Assembly: GCA_049320885.1 (NCBI GenBank)
Contig: JBMORA010000022.1
Span: forward strand, 73,403 to 137,402
Reading direction: 5' to 3'
Source: Thermodesulfobacteriota bacterium
GTDB lineage: Bacteria > Desulfobacterota > Desulfobacteria > Desulfobacterales > SURF-7
Length of the DNA stretch: 64,000 nt
The notes beneath the pieces are model-generated. The model ran no database searches. It worked only from the letters and a program-made list of their open reading frames with translations, and was not told where the DNA came from. Made by a program: the position numbers and the translations under genes. Of this stretch, positions 21,198-30,764 are shown piece by piece. How positions within the stretch are numbered: position 1 is the stretch's first letter; each line of letters begins with the position of its first letter.

Positions 21198-21968
21198 TCA
21201 TTCACCTCCCATCCGGCGCACGATAAAAAATTCATAGGCATACCAGTTCGAGTACATCCGGTGCATGGCGGGCTCCTGCGCGAGATGGTCCAGCACGGAG
21301 AGGGCCTCGGCATCGTCCGCGTACCGGATGCGCAGCTCCTCGATGCGGCCCTCCATCGGCGTGTAAAAGTCTTCCCACCAGGCCTCGTCCGGTAAGGTGA
21401 AGTGCCCGATCAGCGAAAAACCGGAATGGCCGATGGTCACAAGGACATCGGCGATCTTGCCCATGGTCGGGTAGTCGAGGTCAAAGCTTGCCCGCACCGC
21501 GGGCGGTGGATTTTCCTTGCGCCAGACCGCATCGGTGAAGGCGAGATAGCCGCCGGGGAGCAGGAGGCCGCGGCAGATCCGCAGGGCGTTTGCAATGCCG
21601 ATGTTATAGAGCGCGCCCTCGGACCAGACGAGGTCAAAGCTCGCCGGCGGCAGACCGGGATCCGCCATGTCGCCGACCAGCGGTGAGACACGCTGCGAAA
21701 GCCCAAGCCCGGCCACCGTTGCCTTCAGCCGTTCGATGCTCGGGGCGTGGCTGTCGATGGCGACGATGGCGCCCGAGGTCAACTCGGCAAGGTGGATCGT
21801 CTGGCCGCCGACGCCGCAGCCGAGGTCCAGCACCGCGGGCGCTGGCGGCAGGTCGTGGCACAGGGCGAGCGCCTTGACAGCACAGGCGCGGTTGCCCGGG
21901 CCCTGCCTGGGGAGCGACTCATAGAGTTCGAAAAAAACCGGCCAGAAGCGTTTGTGAAGCTCATTCAT
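21198..21968 (-). CDS. Class I SAM-dependent methyltransferase
   Basis: LPRQGPG, motif I VLDLGCGVG, and FDLVWSEGA. Confidence 0.9.
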   Translation of the reverse strand: MNELHKRFWPVFFELYESLPRQGPGNRACAVKALALCHDLPPAPAVLDLGCGVGGQTIHLAELTSGAIVAIDSHAPSIERLKATVAGLGLSQRVSPLVGDMADPGLPPASFDLVWSEGALYNIGIANALRICRGLLLPGGYLAFTDAVWRKENPPPAVRASFDLDYPTMGKIADVLVTIGHSGFSLIGHFTLPDEAWWEDFYTPMEGRIEELRIRYADDAEALSVLDHLAQEPAMHRMYSNWYAYEFFIVRRMGGE

Positions 21969-22080
21969 CTCATTTCTTCCTGTCCATGTCGGTCCTCATC
22001 TGCCTGGTGATAACACCGATTGTCTACCATATTTGGAGAATTTTTGAAGGATGAATCTGGTATCAGACCATATTTCCCGA

Positions 22081-22108
22081 TCAAGTTTTCAGATGCCGCA
22101 GCCGATTG
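22081..22108 (+). promoter_or_regulatory. Putative sigma28 (FliA) promoter
   Basis: TCAA-N16-GCCGATTG compared with the consensus TAAA-N15-GCCGATAA, 55 bp upstream of ATG 22164. Confidence 0.5.
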
Positions 22109-22163
22109 TACATGAAGGCATGGTCTTTTATGGGTAACAGAAACACCATATTCGGTGACGTCA

Positions 22164-23579
22164 ATGAAAATCATCAGCTCCGATATCCGCCTGGAGGCCG
22201 ATCACCAGTATCAGCGGGAGGAAGTCGTCGGCCTGGCCGATCGTCAGCGTTCTTCCAGTCTGCCTGCCGCCGGGCAACCAACGGCGGACAGGGTGACCTT
22301 ATCCCGGGCTGCCAAAAACCACTATCAGTCCGAACAGGCTTTCGCCCTCTTCGCCCGGCAGCAGGTAGCCAATATACCGGAAAGGGAAAACCAGCGCGGG
22401 GACCCGGCGACGGGGCGACTGATCAAGGTCATGACCCAGGCCCTTTCCGGCCGGGAGGTGCGCATCAAGGAAACCATGTCCCGGACCGGGGTCGTTTCCG
22501 GGCCTGTCGCGGGTTCATCCCCGGCAACGGCAGGGGTGTCCGGTAATGGCGGGCAGGTTACCGTCCGTTTTTTCGAAGTCAGGACCTTGCTGGAGAACGA
22601 AACCGCCAATCTGATTTCTTCCGGTGTGATCCGGACCGGGGATGGGACCGAAATCACATTCGATCTGCAGCTCCAGCTTGTGCGTGCCTTCCAGTCCCGG
22701 GAAACGAATTTGCGCCAAATGACCTTGGGCGCCGTTACCGACCCCCTGGTGGTGACCCTGGACGGCGGTCCGCCCAGGATCACGGAGACTTTTTTTACGT
22801 TTGACTTGAATTCCGACGGCCTGGCGGAAGAAGTGGCCGCCCTCGGCCCGGGCAGCGGTTTTCTGGCCCTGGACCGCAATGGCGACGGTCAGATCAACAA
22901 CGGCGCGGAGCTGTTCGGCCCCCGAAGCGGCGACGGTTTCCTGGAGCTGGCCCTTCACGACCAGGATGGCAACCGCTGGATCGATGAAAACGATCCGATT
23001 TATTCCCAGCTGTCGGTCTGGCAGCAGGGTGCAAACGGCCAGAATTCGCTCATGAGTCTGAAGGCCGCGGGAATCGGCGCCATCCATCTTCAGGCGGCGG
23101 ACACCCCTTTTGCCATGACCGACGGGCAAAACCGGCTTTTCGGGCAATTGCGGAAAACCGGTATCATGGTAAAGGAAGAGGGTGTGGTGCAGCAGATCTA
23201 TCAGGTTGATCTTGTCCAGCGCGAAGCGCCCACGGGGCTTGCCCAAGGGAAAGAACCCGGCAGCCAGGGCAATCTCATCGCCATGTTTCCGGCCAGAACG
23301 CAAGGCCCGACGGCAGTCCCCGGGCGGTCTTTTGTTGCGGGTGTCCCGGCCGCATCTTCCAGCGAAGGTCCAGAACAACCAGGAGAAAGCATGCTGGAAG
23401 CCATGAAAAAGCGGTTTGAGCGACTGAAAGATGAAATCGAGAAAATGCAGCAGGAAACCATGAAAAAAGCGAAGGCCGCCGCAGCCCGGGCAGCGGATGC
23501 CCATCAGCGGTATGCCCCTCCCGGCCGGATCCAGGCGGCATCATATCCGGCTTACCCGCGAGAGAAACACGGGTGGTGA
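22164..23579 (+). CDS. Hypothetical protein with DxDxDG Ca-binding-like repeats and a C-terminal coiled coil
   Basis: DPLVVTLD, FDLNSDG, LALDRNGDGQINNGAELFG, DQDGNRWIDENDP. Confidence 0.75.
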   Translation: MKIISSDIRLEADHQYQREEVVGLADRQRSSSLPAAGQPTADRVTLSRAAKNHYQSEQAFALFARQQVANIPERENQRGDPATGRLIKVMTQALSGREVRIKETMSRTGVVSGPVAGSSPATAGVSGNGGQVTVRFFEVRTLLENETANLISSGVIRTGDGTEITFDLQLQLVRAFQSRETNLRQMTLGAVTDPLVVTLDGGPPRITETFFTFDLNSDGLAEEVAALGPGSGFLALDRNGDGQINNGAELFGPRSGDGFLELALHDQDGNRWIDENDPIYSQLSVWQQGANGQNSLMSLKAAGIGAIHLQAADTPFAMTDGQNRLFGQLRKTGIMVKEEGVVQQIYQVDLVQREAPTGLAQGKEPGSQGNLIAMFPARTQGPTAVPGRSFVAGVPAASSSEGPEQPGESMLEAMKKRFERLKDEIEKMQQETMKKAKAAAARAADAHQRYAPPGRIQAASYPAYPREKHGW

Positions 23580-23689
23580 TCCGATGTGATAACCAGTTGT
23601 TAGCGATCCGCTTGAAGACTGAGCGGTTGATATTTCCTGCTTCTGCAAGGGTAATCTGTTGGGTATGAAAAAAGGCCCTGCCCGTATGC

Positions 23690-25030
23690 TCAAGAAAACC
23701 CCGTGCCAGGCGGAACGGGCGGCTCTTTCGATGACGCACAACGGATCACCAGCGGTCCCTTGACCGCCTTCATGACCTCGGATGCCGGCAAGCCGTTCTC
23801 CAGCAGGGTGGTCATCACCCGCAGGTACTTACGGATGTGGCGAAAGAACTTCTGGTTGCCGGCACAGAGGTAGTGCAACCCCGGTTCACCGTAATAGCTC
23901 TGCGTGAAGCGGTGTTTGGGGCACCCTCCATGGCAGGCGGCCAGCACCTCGCATTCCCGGCAATAGCGCGGCAGGGCGGTCTCTTTCGTCACGCCGAATC
24001 CTGATTTCCGGGACGTATCGGCCATATTCCCCAGATTGTCAGCCACGATGTTCCCAAGTCTGTATTCCGGGTAGACGCAATGATCGCAGGCGTAGACATC
24101 GCCGTTGTGTTCCATCACCAGAGACCTGCCGCATTGTCTGGCATGAATGCACACCGGTGAAGGATTGCCGATCCAGGCATTTAATGCCCACTCGAAATTC
24201 ATTACAAAGACTTTGCCCACATCGTGCCGGACCCATTCTTCATAAATGGTGATCAAAAAATCGCCGTAATCTTCCGCAACAACACTCCAGGGCGTCACCT
24301 GGGTCTGATTTTCTTCCCTGTCCAATACCGCCGGGCCGGCCAGGCGCAGACCCTGCTTTTTGCTAATGGCATCCGGCATGCGCTCAACGATGGGTGAAAA
24401 TTGAATGAATTCAATCCCTTTATCCTTAAAAAACCGGTAAACGTCAAGGGGATGCCGGGCCGTGTCACGGGCCACGCAGGCCATCACATTATAATCCACC
24501 TGATGTTTCTGGAGCAGTTTCAGCCCCCGCATCCCTTTTTCAAATGAACCTTTTCCAGAACGATCACGCCGATAGCGGTCATGAATTTCCTCTGGGCCAT
24601 CCAGGCTGATCCCGACCATGAAATTATTTTTCTTTAAAAAAGAACACCATTCGTCGGTCAGCAGGGTTCCGTTGGTCTGGATAGAGTTGGAGATGGTTTT
24701 GAGACCCATAAACGGCCGCTGAAGCGCGATCGCTTTCTCAAAAAATTCGATCCCTAAAAGTGTCGGCTCCCCGCCCTGCCAGACGAACTCAACCACCGGT
24801 GTGGGCTGGGAAGCGATGTAATTGGTTATGAAGGTCGAAAGTACGTGGTCCGACATCCGGTAATGCTCACCTGTTTCAAACAACGCCTGCTTCTCCAGAT
24901 AAAAGCAGTATTCGCAGTTGAGGTTGCACACCGGGCCAATAGGTTTTGCCACGATGTGGATACCCTGCGCAGGACTCTGTTCCTGCTTGTTCACCTTTGT
25001 TTGTTCAGTTGATATAAGGGGCGGCTTCAT
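23690..25030 (-). CDS. Anaerobic sulfatase-maturating radical SAM enzyme (anSME)
   Basis: KPIGPVCNLNCEYCFY, WQGGEP, QTNG, GDVYACDH, SPASM cysteines (CRECEVLAACHGGCPK); adjacent to a sulfatase. Confidence 0.93.
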   Translation of the reverse strand: MKPPLISTEQTKVNKQEQSPAQGIHIVAKPIGPVCNLNCEYCFYLEKQALFETGEHYRMSDHVLSTFITNYIASQPTPVVEFVWQGGEPTLLGIEFFEKAIALQRPFMGLKTISNSIQTNGTLLTDEWCSFLKKNNFMVGISLDGPEEIHDRYRRDRSGKGSFEKGMRGLKLLQKHQVDYNVMACVARDTARHPLDVYRFFKDKGIEFIQFSPIVERMPDAISKKQGLRLAGPAVLDREENQTQVTPWSVVAEDYGDFLITIYEEWVRHDVGKVFVMNFEWALNAWIGNPSPVCIHARQCGRSLVMEHNGDVYACDHCVYPEYRLGNIVADNLGNMADTSRKSGFGVTKETALPRYCRECEVLAACHGGCPKHRFTQSYYGEPGLHYLCAGNQKFFRHIRKYLRVMTTLLENGLPASEVMKAVKGPLVIRCASSKEPPVPPGTGFS

Positions 25031-25054
25031 TAAATCCGGTGATGAAAAATGGCA

Positions 25055-27385
25055 TTATTTTATTCTTTCAACAGTCACATAGCTGATTTTTCCATTGAAT
25101 TTTGATGAAGCGCCATAGTCTGCAACATGGGTGCCGTCATCGATGCCGATATCCGCCAGATCATCCACTGAGAAAATCCCCGGCTGGGTTTTTTCAATCC
25201 TCTTTTCCGCCACTTTTTTCCCATTTACTGAAATGATGCCGACTCCGCCTTTGCCCATTCCGCCGCCATCATACCTGAAATCGTAAACCAGTTTGTAATT
25301 TCCCGGGTTCAGAGCCTTTGCAGCTATAATCTGCGTTGATTCCATCCCCAGATAATTATAACTGAATGCCGGTTTTCCATTTTTCATATAGAAGGACAGG
25401 CCGCCAAATCGCCCGCCCTGGCAAACAATGACACCGTTCCCTTTGGCATCTACGGCCACTTCCGAAGTGATTGTGTAAGCGGTATTCCTCAGATCAATGA
25501 AAATATCAACGCCCATTCCCTTCATACCCTCGCCGTAAGTGACAGAGTTTCTACCGCCCATAACCGTCGGTCTGCCCATCAATTCAGCATTGGTTCTTTC
25601 CAGCAGGCGATCGTCAATGGGCAGTACATGGTGCTTTTCAGCTTCCGCCATAAACAAATCCTGCATGGATTGAAGCTTTTCAGAATTTTGTGGGGCCAAA
25701 TCAGTAGCCAGACTGAAATCCTCCCTGGTATTGTATAGTTCCCACTTATCTTCCGATAAAGGGGCGCGGGTTTTCATTTCCCAGGCCGCGCGGTGGATGG
25801 TGCGGGCATACCATCCATCCTGATAAATTCCACGGTTTCCGAACATTTCAAAATACTGGACTTTATGTTGCTCAGCCGCACCGGTGTCATTAAACGTATA
25901 GGCGAGGCTGGTTCCTTCAACCGGATCCTGCTGAATGCCATTTACCATTCTGGGTGCCGGTATTTTGGTGACTTCATAAATGGTTGGAGCGATATCAATG
26001 ACATGGCCGAACTGCGAACGCAATTCTCCACTGGTTTTGATACCTGCAGGCCAATGAATGATCATTCCGTTTCTGGTGCCTCCAAAATCAGAAGCCACCT
26101 GCTTGGTATAGGAGAAAGGCGTATCCATGGCCACGGCCCATCCGGCGGCAAAATGCGGATAGGTACTGGGTCCACCCCATTCTTCGTAATGCTTCAACAT
26201 ATCCGGAACGGTTTCGGCCACTGCATTAAAATAGGTCATTTCACTGTACATACCGTTCATTTGTCCTTCGGCGCTGGCGCCATTGTCGCCGGCAATGAAA
26301 ACGATGACCGTATTCTCCAGTTTTCCCAATTCCTCAATAGCAGCAATGAGTCTTCCCGCTTCGTAATCGGTTTGTTCGGCAAATCCGGCATAAACTTCCA
26401 TCTGGCGGGCGAACAATTTCTTTTCGTCGGCGGAAAGTTTTTCCCAGTCTTTTATGGCTTCCGGTTTAGGGGCCAGTTTAGTGCTTTGCGGAACGATTCC
26501 CAGATTTTTCTGACGTTCCAAAGTCATTTCACGCATTTTATCCCAGCCTTCGTCAAATTTCCCTTTGTATTTTTCGATCCATTCTTTTGGAACATGATGC
26601 GGCGCATGGGTGGCTCCTGGCGCATAATAGATAAAGAAAGGCTTATCGGGCGTTAACGCCTGCTGGAAACGAACCCATGAAATAGCCTGGTTGGTCATGT
26701 CAGTGGTAAAATGATAATCCGGGTCTTCCGGCGTTTCAACAATGGTAACCCCATCATAAATAAGCGGAGCCCACTGATTGGTTTCGCCGCCGATGAAACC
26801 ATAAAATTTCTCAAAACCCGAGCGTGTCGGCCATCGGTCTTGTGGACCTGAATTTGAAATTTCCCAGGGCGGTGTTTCATGATATTTCCCAAAGGCAGCG
26901 GTATTGTATCCATTCTGGCGGAGTACCTCGGCCATCGGGGTGATTGTTTGGGGCCTTACTGACGTATTTCCGGGAAATGTTGTAGCACATTCTGCAATAC
27001 AACCCATGTTGTTGCTGTGATGGTTATACCCGGTCAGCAATGCCACCCGTGTGGGAGAAGAAAGGGCGGTTGTATGAAAACGGTTAAATTTTAAACCGTT
27101 TTCAGCAAGTTTATTCATAGTCGGCGTGCTGACAGGACCGCCAAAAGTTTCGGACACGCCAAAACCCATATCGTCAATTAAAATAACGACCACATTGGGC
27201 GCTCCCGCCGGGGCTTTTACATCAAAGCGAGCCGGCGGCGTGGCATTTCGGACATCGAGCACGTTGCTGCGCGGGAATTTGGGTTCAGGGATCGGCAGCA
27301 CCGTGCGATCCAAAGGGGCCTGCGCGGCGGCGTTTGTCGCGCAGACTGCGCCTAAAGCAAGGCCGAATAAATTAACCGTTTTCAT
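25055..27385 (-). CDS. Exported Ser-type arylsulfatase
   Basis: Signal peptide, NVVVILIDDMGFG, and active-site signature SSPTRVALLTG (S-x-P-x-R); GKYH, GDNG, HVIDIAPT. Confidence 0.93.
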   Translation of the reverse strand: MKTVNLFGLALGAVCATNAAAQAPLDRTVLPIPEPKFPRSNVLDVRNATPPARFDVKAPAGAPNVVVILIDDMGFGVSETFGGPVSTPTMNKLAENGLKFNRFHTTALSSPTRVALLTGYNHHSNNMGCIAECATTFPGNTSVRPQTITPMAEVLRQNGYNTAAFGKYHETPPWEISNSGPQDRWPTRSGFEKFYGFIGGETNQWAPLIYDGVTIVETPEDPDYHFTTDMTNQAISWVRFQQALTPDKPFFIYYAPGATHAPHHVPKEWIEKYKGKFDEGWDKMREMTLERQKNLGIVPQSTKLAPKPEAIKDWEKLSADEKKLFARQMEVYAGFAEQTDYEAGRLIAAIEELGKLENTVIVFIAGDNGASAEGQMNGMYSEMTYFNAVAETVPDMLKHYEEWGGPSTYPHFAAGWAVAMDTPFSYTKQVASDFGGTRNGMIIHWPAGIKTSGELRSQFGHVIDIAPTIYEVTKIPAPRMVNGIQQDPVEGTSLAYTFNDTGAAEQHKVQYFEMFGNRGIYQDGWYARTIHRAAWEMKTRAPLSEDKWELYNTREDFSLATDLAPQNSEKLQSMQDLFMAEAEKHHVLPIDDRLLERTNAELMGRPTVMGGRNSVTYGEGMKGMGVDIFIDLRNTAYTITSEVAVDAKGNGVIVCQGGRFGGLSFYMKNGKPAFSYNYLGMESTQIIAAKALNPGNYKLVYDFRYDGGGMGKGGVGIISVNGKKVAEKRIEKTQPGIFSVDDLADIGIDDGTHVADYGASSKFNGKISYVTVERIK

Positions 27386-27430
27386 TTTTTAACTCCTTCC
27401 ATGAATGTCTTAAGGAATAGGGTCTTCATT

Positions 27431-27589
27431 CTATTTTGGGAACAAGAAGGTTAACTGCGCCCTGAAGCCCCAACTTTCAGGGCCGTTATCCGGTGATTCA
27501 GCCCAGTACTTCGTGCCTGATCCGAACTGGAGGATCTGTGGTCCGACCTTGAACAGTTGAGATACCTGGGCGATCACCGGTACGGACCA
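27431..27589 (-). pseudogene. C-terminal fragment of an outer-membrane beta-barrel-like protein
   Basis: Manual translation WSVPVIAQVSQLFKVGPQILQFGSGTKYWAESPDNGPESWGFRAQLTFLFPK*; no start codon or signal peptide. Confidence 0.6.
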
Positions 27590-27605
27590 CGCCCATTAAA
27601 CCACA

Positions 27606-27764
27606 TCACTTCCCAAAAGCACCCTGCTTGACGTAGCGGGCGAGGGTCATGTCAGTCTCCGCGCGGACGAAGTTGTCCACTGTCACCCTTTCCGCCGCGA
27701 AACCTGACATGGAAATTAAAAGGATCATTCCCATCGCTGCGAGCATCTGAAGGGTTCGTTTCAT
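27606..27764 (-). pseudogene. N-terminal fragment of an exported DUF1254/DUF1214-like protein
   Basis: AGGAG RBS, then MKRTLQMLAAMGMILLISMSGFAAERVTVDNFVRAETDMTLARYVKQGAFGK* (52 aa, premature stop). Confidence 0.6.
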
Positions 27765-28081
27765 TGTTTGTAGCTCCTATTTAGAAAACAAGCGCAATTA
27801 AAACAGGCGAATACAAGAATGCGTTTCAGCTTGGACGCATAATGTAAGCTGAATGATCGCTTTTTTTTGGTTTGGCGTTTCCGGACTTTTTGCGAATTCA
27901 TCATACTTAAGTGGTCATGGATGTCAAAGGATTTTCCGAGTACCATATTGGTGCCGGATGCAGCCGGGCGGTTAACAAGGCAACTCGAAAAACGGAGAAC
28001 GGGAGAATTCCGAGTTTGTTTCGGGGTCCAAAACCCATTTTCGAACGGAAAAGGCGGCGATGTGAGGGAAGAATAGCTCTT

Positions 28082-28384
28082 TTAAATATCGAGTGCGAAG
28101 CGGATTGCCCGTGCAACCTCTACCATCTTTGCACGGGGCAGGGATGTGATTAACGATCCGATTGTGCTCTTGGAAACAGTCTGCAAATGGTCGCAATTGA
28201 CAGCACAATCTTGGGGCATGCCGTCAGCCGTCGAGAGAAACACTTCGGACGGGATATTACGCACGGTGGTCGTAATGGGCGCGATGGTAACCTCTCCCAG
28301 ATATCCCAACACGGAATCCCGTGTCAGGACAAGGACAGGCCGTTTTTTATCTGGCGGCACGAATTTATACCAACGTATTTCGCC
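28082..28384 (-). pseudogene. PemK/MazF-family toxin lacking its native start codon and antitoxin
   Basis: GEIRWYKFVPPDKKRPVLVLTR...IAPITT...NCDHLQTV. In frame upstream of GEIRW there are only ELFN and a stop, with no ATG. Confidence 0.75.
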
Positions 28385-28677
28385 ATTGAATAGTTCTCAA
28401 TATTACACCTCCATAATGTGGTATTTTATAGCTGTAATAATCCACATTGATGGGCATGTCAAATTTTTGAGGGTTGAAAAGGGCGGTTTAAGAATGGTAG
28501 GCAGGGAGCTACCGGTGAACGTTCAAAATCCTCTCTCATTGCCTTGAAAAAGGAAATGGAAGTCATGGACAAGGAAATCAAACTGATCGAGGCGATATAT
28601 GCCGGCACACATGGAAAAGCACCCTATTGAATCCCGCGTTTTAGCGCGGCGCCTTGCCAATGAGACGGGAGCAGATC

Positions 28678-29553
28678 TCAGTCTGCGGATTGCAGTGCCG
28701 CAATCCGCGATTCAAGGGGCGGGTGGCTGCTGAACAGCGCCATCATGCCGCCGCCGGCAATTCCGCTGGCCGCCATTTCCTTCGGCAACTGGCCGGCTTG
28801 AAGATTACCCAGCGCGCGCAGGGCTTCGACCATCGGGCGTCGGTCGCCCATCAGCGCGGCAGCGCCTGCGTCGGCCCGGTATTCGCGCTGGCGTGAAAAG
28901 TACATAACCACGATGCTGGCCAGGACGCCGAACAGGATTTCAAAGACGATGCTGCTGATCCAATAGCCGATGCCCGGGCCGGTCGATTCGTCATCGTCCC
29001 TGCGCAGGAAACTGTCCACCGCGTAACCAGCGGCACGCGACAGGAAGATCACAAAGGTGTTGACCACCCCCTGGATCAACGTCAGGGTCACCATGTCGCC
29101 GTTTTCGATGTGGGCGACCTCGTGGGCCAACACGGCTTCCACCTCTTTTCGGTGCATGCTTTGCAGGAGTCCGGTCGAGACGGCCACCAGCGAATTGGAC
29201 TTGCTGGGACCGGTGGCAAAGGCATTGGGTGCGCCTTCGTAGATGGCCACCTCCGGCATCGGCAAGCCGGCTTTGGCGGCCAATCGTCCCACGGTGTCCA
29301 CAAGCCAGGCTTCATGCTGGTTGCCCGGACGCTCGATAACCTGTGCGCCGGTGCTCCATTTCGCCATGGTCTTGGACATCATCAGCGAAATAAAGGACCC
29401 GCCGAAGCCGATCAAAGCGGCAAATGCCAGGAGTGTTCCCATGTTCAGTCCATTGCTGGTCAAAAAGCGGTCGATACCCAAAATACGGGCACTGATCGAC
29501 AGTACCAGCATCACCGCAATGTTGGTCAACAAGAAAAGAACCACGCGTTTCAT
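28678..29553 (-). CDS. htpX: Membrane zinc metalloprotease HtpX
   Basis: [26 protein letters not shown] (HExxH), [25 protein letters not shown]. Confidence 0.96.
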   Translation of the reverse strand: MKRVVLFLLTNIAVMLVLSISARILGIDRFLTSNGLNMGTLLAFAALIGFGGSFISLMMSKTMAKWSTGAQVIERPGNQHEAWLVDTVGRLAAKAGLPMPEVAIYEGAPNAFATGPSKSNSLVAVSTGLLQSMHRKEVEAVLAHEVAHIENGDMVTLTLIQGVVNTFVIFLSRAAGYAVDSFLRRDDDESTGPGIGYWISSIVFEILFGVLASIVVMYFSRQREYRADAGAAALMGDRRPMVEALRALGNLQAGQLPKEMAASGIAGGGMMALFSSHPPLESRIAALQSAD

Positions 29554-29654
29554 CTAAGCCCTCCTGATATTATGGTTATTGATCAATTATTGGGTTAATG
29601 TTGTGCTTCTCGGCGGTGAGGTGGCCAAGTCCGCTGAAGAAGATTATGGACCCA

Positions 29655-30038
29655 TTATTTCTTATAGGCTGGTTCTATGCCGTTAAGCATAGGATAATGT
29701 TTCAGATTTAGGGTTTTTAGTTCGGCTTTTTCTGCGTTAGCCGTTGCAGCCTGGACAGCATCAGCAAGTCCAACTGCATGTGACTTGCCAAAATCACGCT
29801 TGTAGAGCCCACCAATTTTTGCAATCTCGGCAGTGAAGGGGACAACACGAAATAGGGAGATCAAATTTTCTAATATAGTCAGTTCCGCATTTCCTTTGGC
29901 ACCAGCATACAATTCCGCAACCACAATTGAAGAGAGGATGATTTGAGAAGAGAATTCATTTACAAAGGCGACGGCCTTTTCGTGACCGCGCAAAAAATCA
30001 ACCAGCACATCCGTGTCTAAAAGGATTGGATTTGGCAT
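29655..30038 (-). CDS. vapC: PIN-domain toxin (VapC)
   Basis: LLDTDVLVDFLRG, VAELYAG, LADA, TLNLKHYP. Confidence 0.9.
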   Translation of the reverse strand: MPNPILLDTDVLVDFLRGHEKAVAFVNEFSSQIILSSIVVAELYAGAKGNAELTILENLISLFRVVPFTAEIAKIGGLYKRDFGKSHAVGLADAVQAATANAEKAELKTLNLKHYPMLNGIEPAYKK

Positions 30039-30040
30039 TA

Positions 30041-30271
30041 TTATCTATCCCATTCCGACCTTAGTGTCCTGAAGTCAGGAAGGTCTTTGCGATTCTTCCA
30101 GATTCCGGCAGCCTCTTTCAATGCTGATTCTTTTCGATTACGCCCAGCTTGGTCGATGAGACGGTCAATGGCCTCGCGGATGATTTCACTTTGCTTTTTG
30201 CCAAGACTTCTAGCAATAACAGATAGTTCTTTTCGCTGTTGATCTGTTATGTATATTTGTGTCCTGATCAT
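30041..30271 (-). CDS. Ribbon-helix-helix (CopG/VapB) antitoxin
   Basis: MIRTQIYIT...SEIIREAID...AAGIWK; 2 bp upstream of vapC. Confidence 0.88.
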   Translation of the reverse strand: MIRTQIYITDQQRKELSVIARSLGKKQSEIIREAIDRLIDQAGRNRKESALKEAAGIWKNRKDLPDFRTLRSEWDR

Positions 30272-30286
30272 AGCGAACCTCCATTA

Positions 30287-30328
30287 ATGTATACACCATA
30301 CATATACATCGATCAGCCACTTTGTCAA
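30287..30328 (-). promoter_or_regulatory. vapBC promoter with overlapping palindromic operator
   Basis: TTGACA at 30328-30323; inverted repeat ATGTATA-N9-TATACAT (30287-30309) covers the -10 region. Confidence 0.7.
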
Positions 30329-30399
30329 GACCAGCATGGATGCCAGGGGAGAATCAGCTTTCATCAAGGGCAGGGATGCCCTTTTGATTGTGAAGGTTG

Positions 30400-30441
30400 A
30401 AAAAGAAAAAAGGCCTTAGAGGGTGTTTGCTCTAAGGCCTT
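30400..30441 (-). terminator. Strong hairpin terminator (minus-strand orientation)
   Basis: Perfect 12-bp stem AAGGCCTTAGAG-N8-CTCTAAGGCCTT, followed on the minus strand by TTTTCTTTTT. Confidence 0.85.
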
Positions 30442-30450
30442 GTTGAATTA

Positions 30451-30460
30451 TGGCTCCCCG
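30451..30460 (-). mobile_element. att-like relic: tRNA(Asn)-like 3' end CGGGGAGCCA without a full tRNA
   Basis: CCA-ending 10-mer 9 bp upstream (minus strand) of the terminator, at a change in gene content; no T-arm or D-arm upstream. Confidence 0.45.
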
Positions 30461-30764
30461 TGTGCAACCCTTTTCATAACCGTTCTCGTTCTCCGGCTGT
30501 TAACCAAAAACCGTTGTGATTCAATAGGCTATCAAAGAGCGTGTGGCCCCCGGCAGGTCGGTACCATCGTTAATCAAACTTTCCTTTTGATTTGGAGTAT
30601 ACTCGATTCGGTCTGTCAAGGCGAATCATTTATGGAAACCCAGCGGTTTTGAAGCGTGCCTAATGACTCAACAACATTTGAAATATTAATAACTCTTTGT
30701 TAAAGTTATAAAAATATCGAAACGTGGGGGCATCAAAAGCCCCATACCAAACTAAATAGTCGCT

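Noticed and set aside
28494..28510. TGGTAGGCAGGGAG as another tRNA 3'-end att relic
   Set aside because: The match is too short and has no adjacent terminator or second copy in the window.
30451..30530. Complete tRNA-Asn
   Set aside because: Only the 3' 10-mer is present. There is no GTTCRA T-loop or cloverleaf, and the anticodon-like 11-mer is in the opposite orientation.
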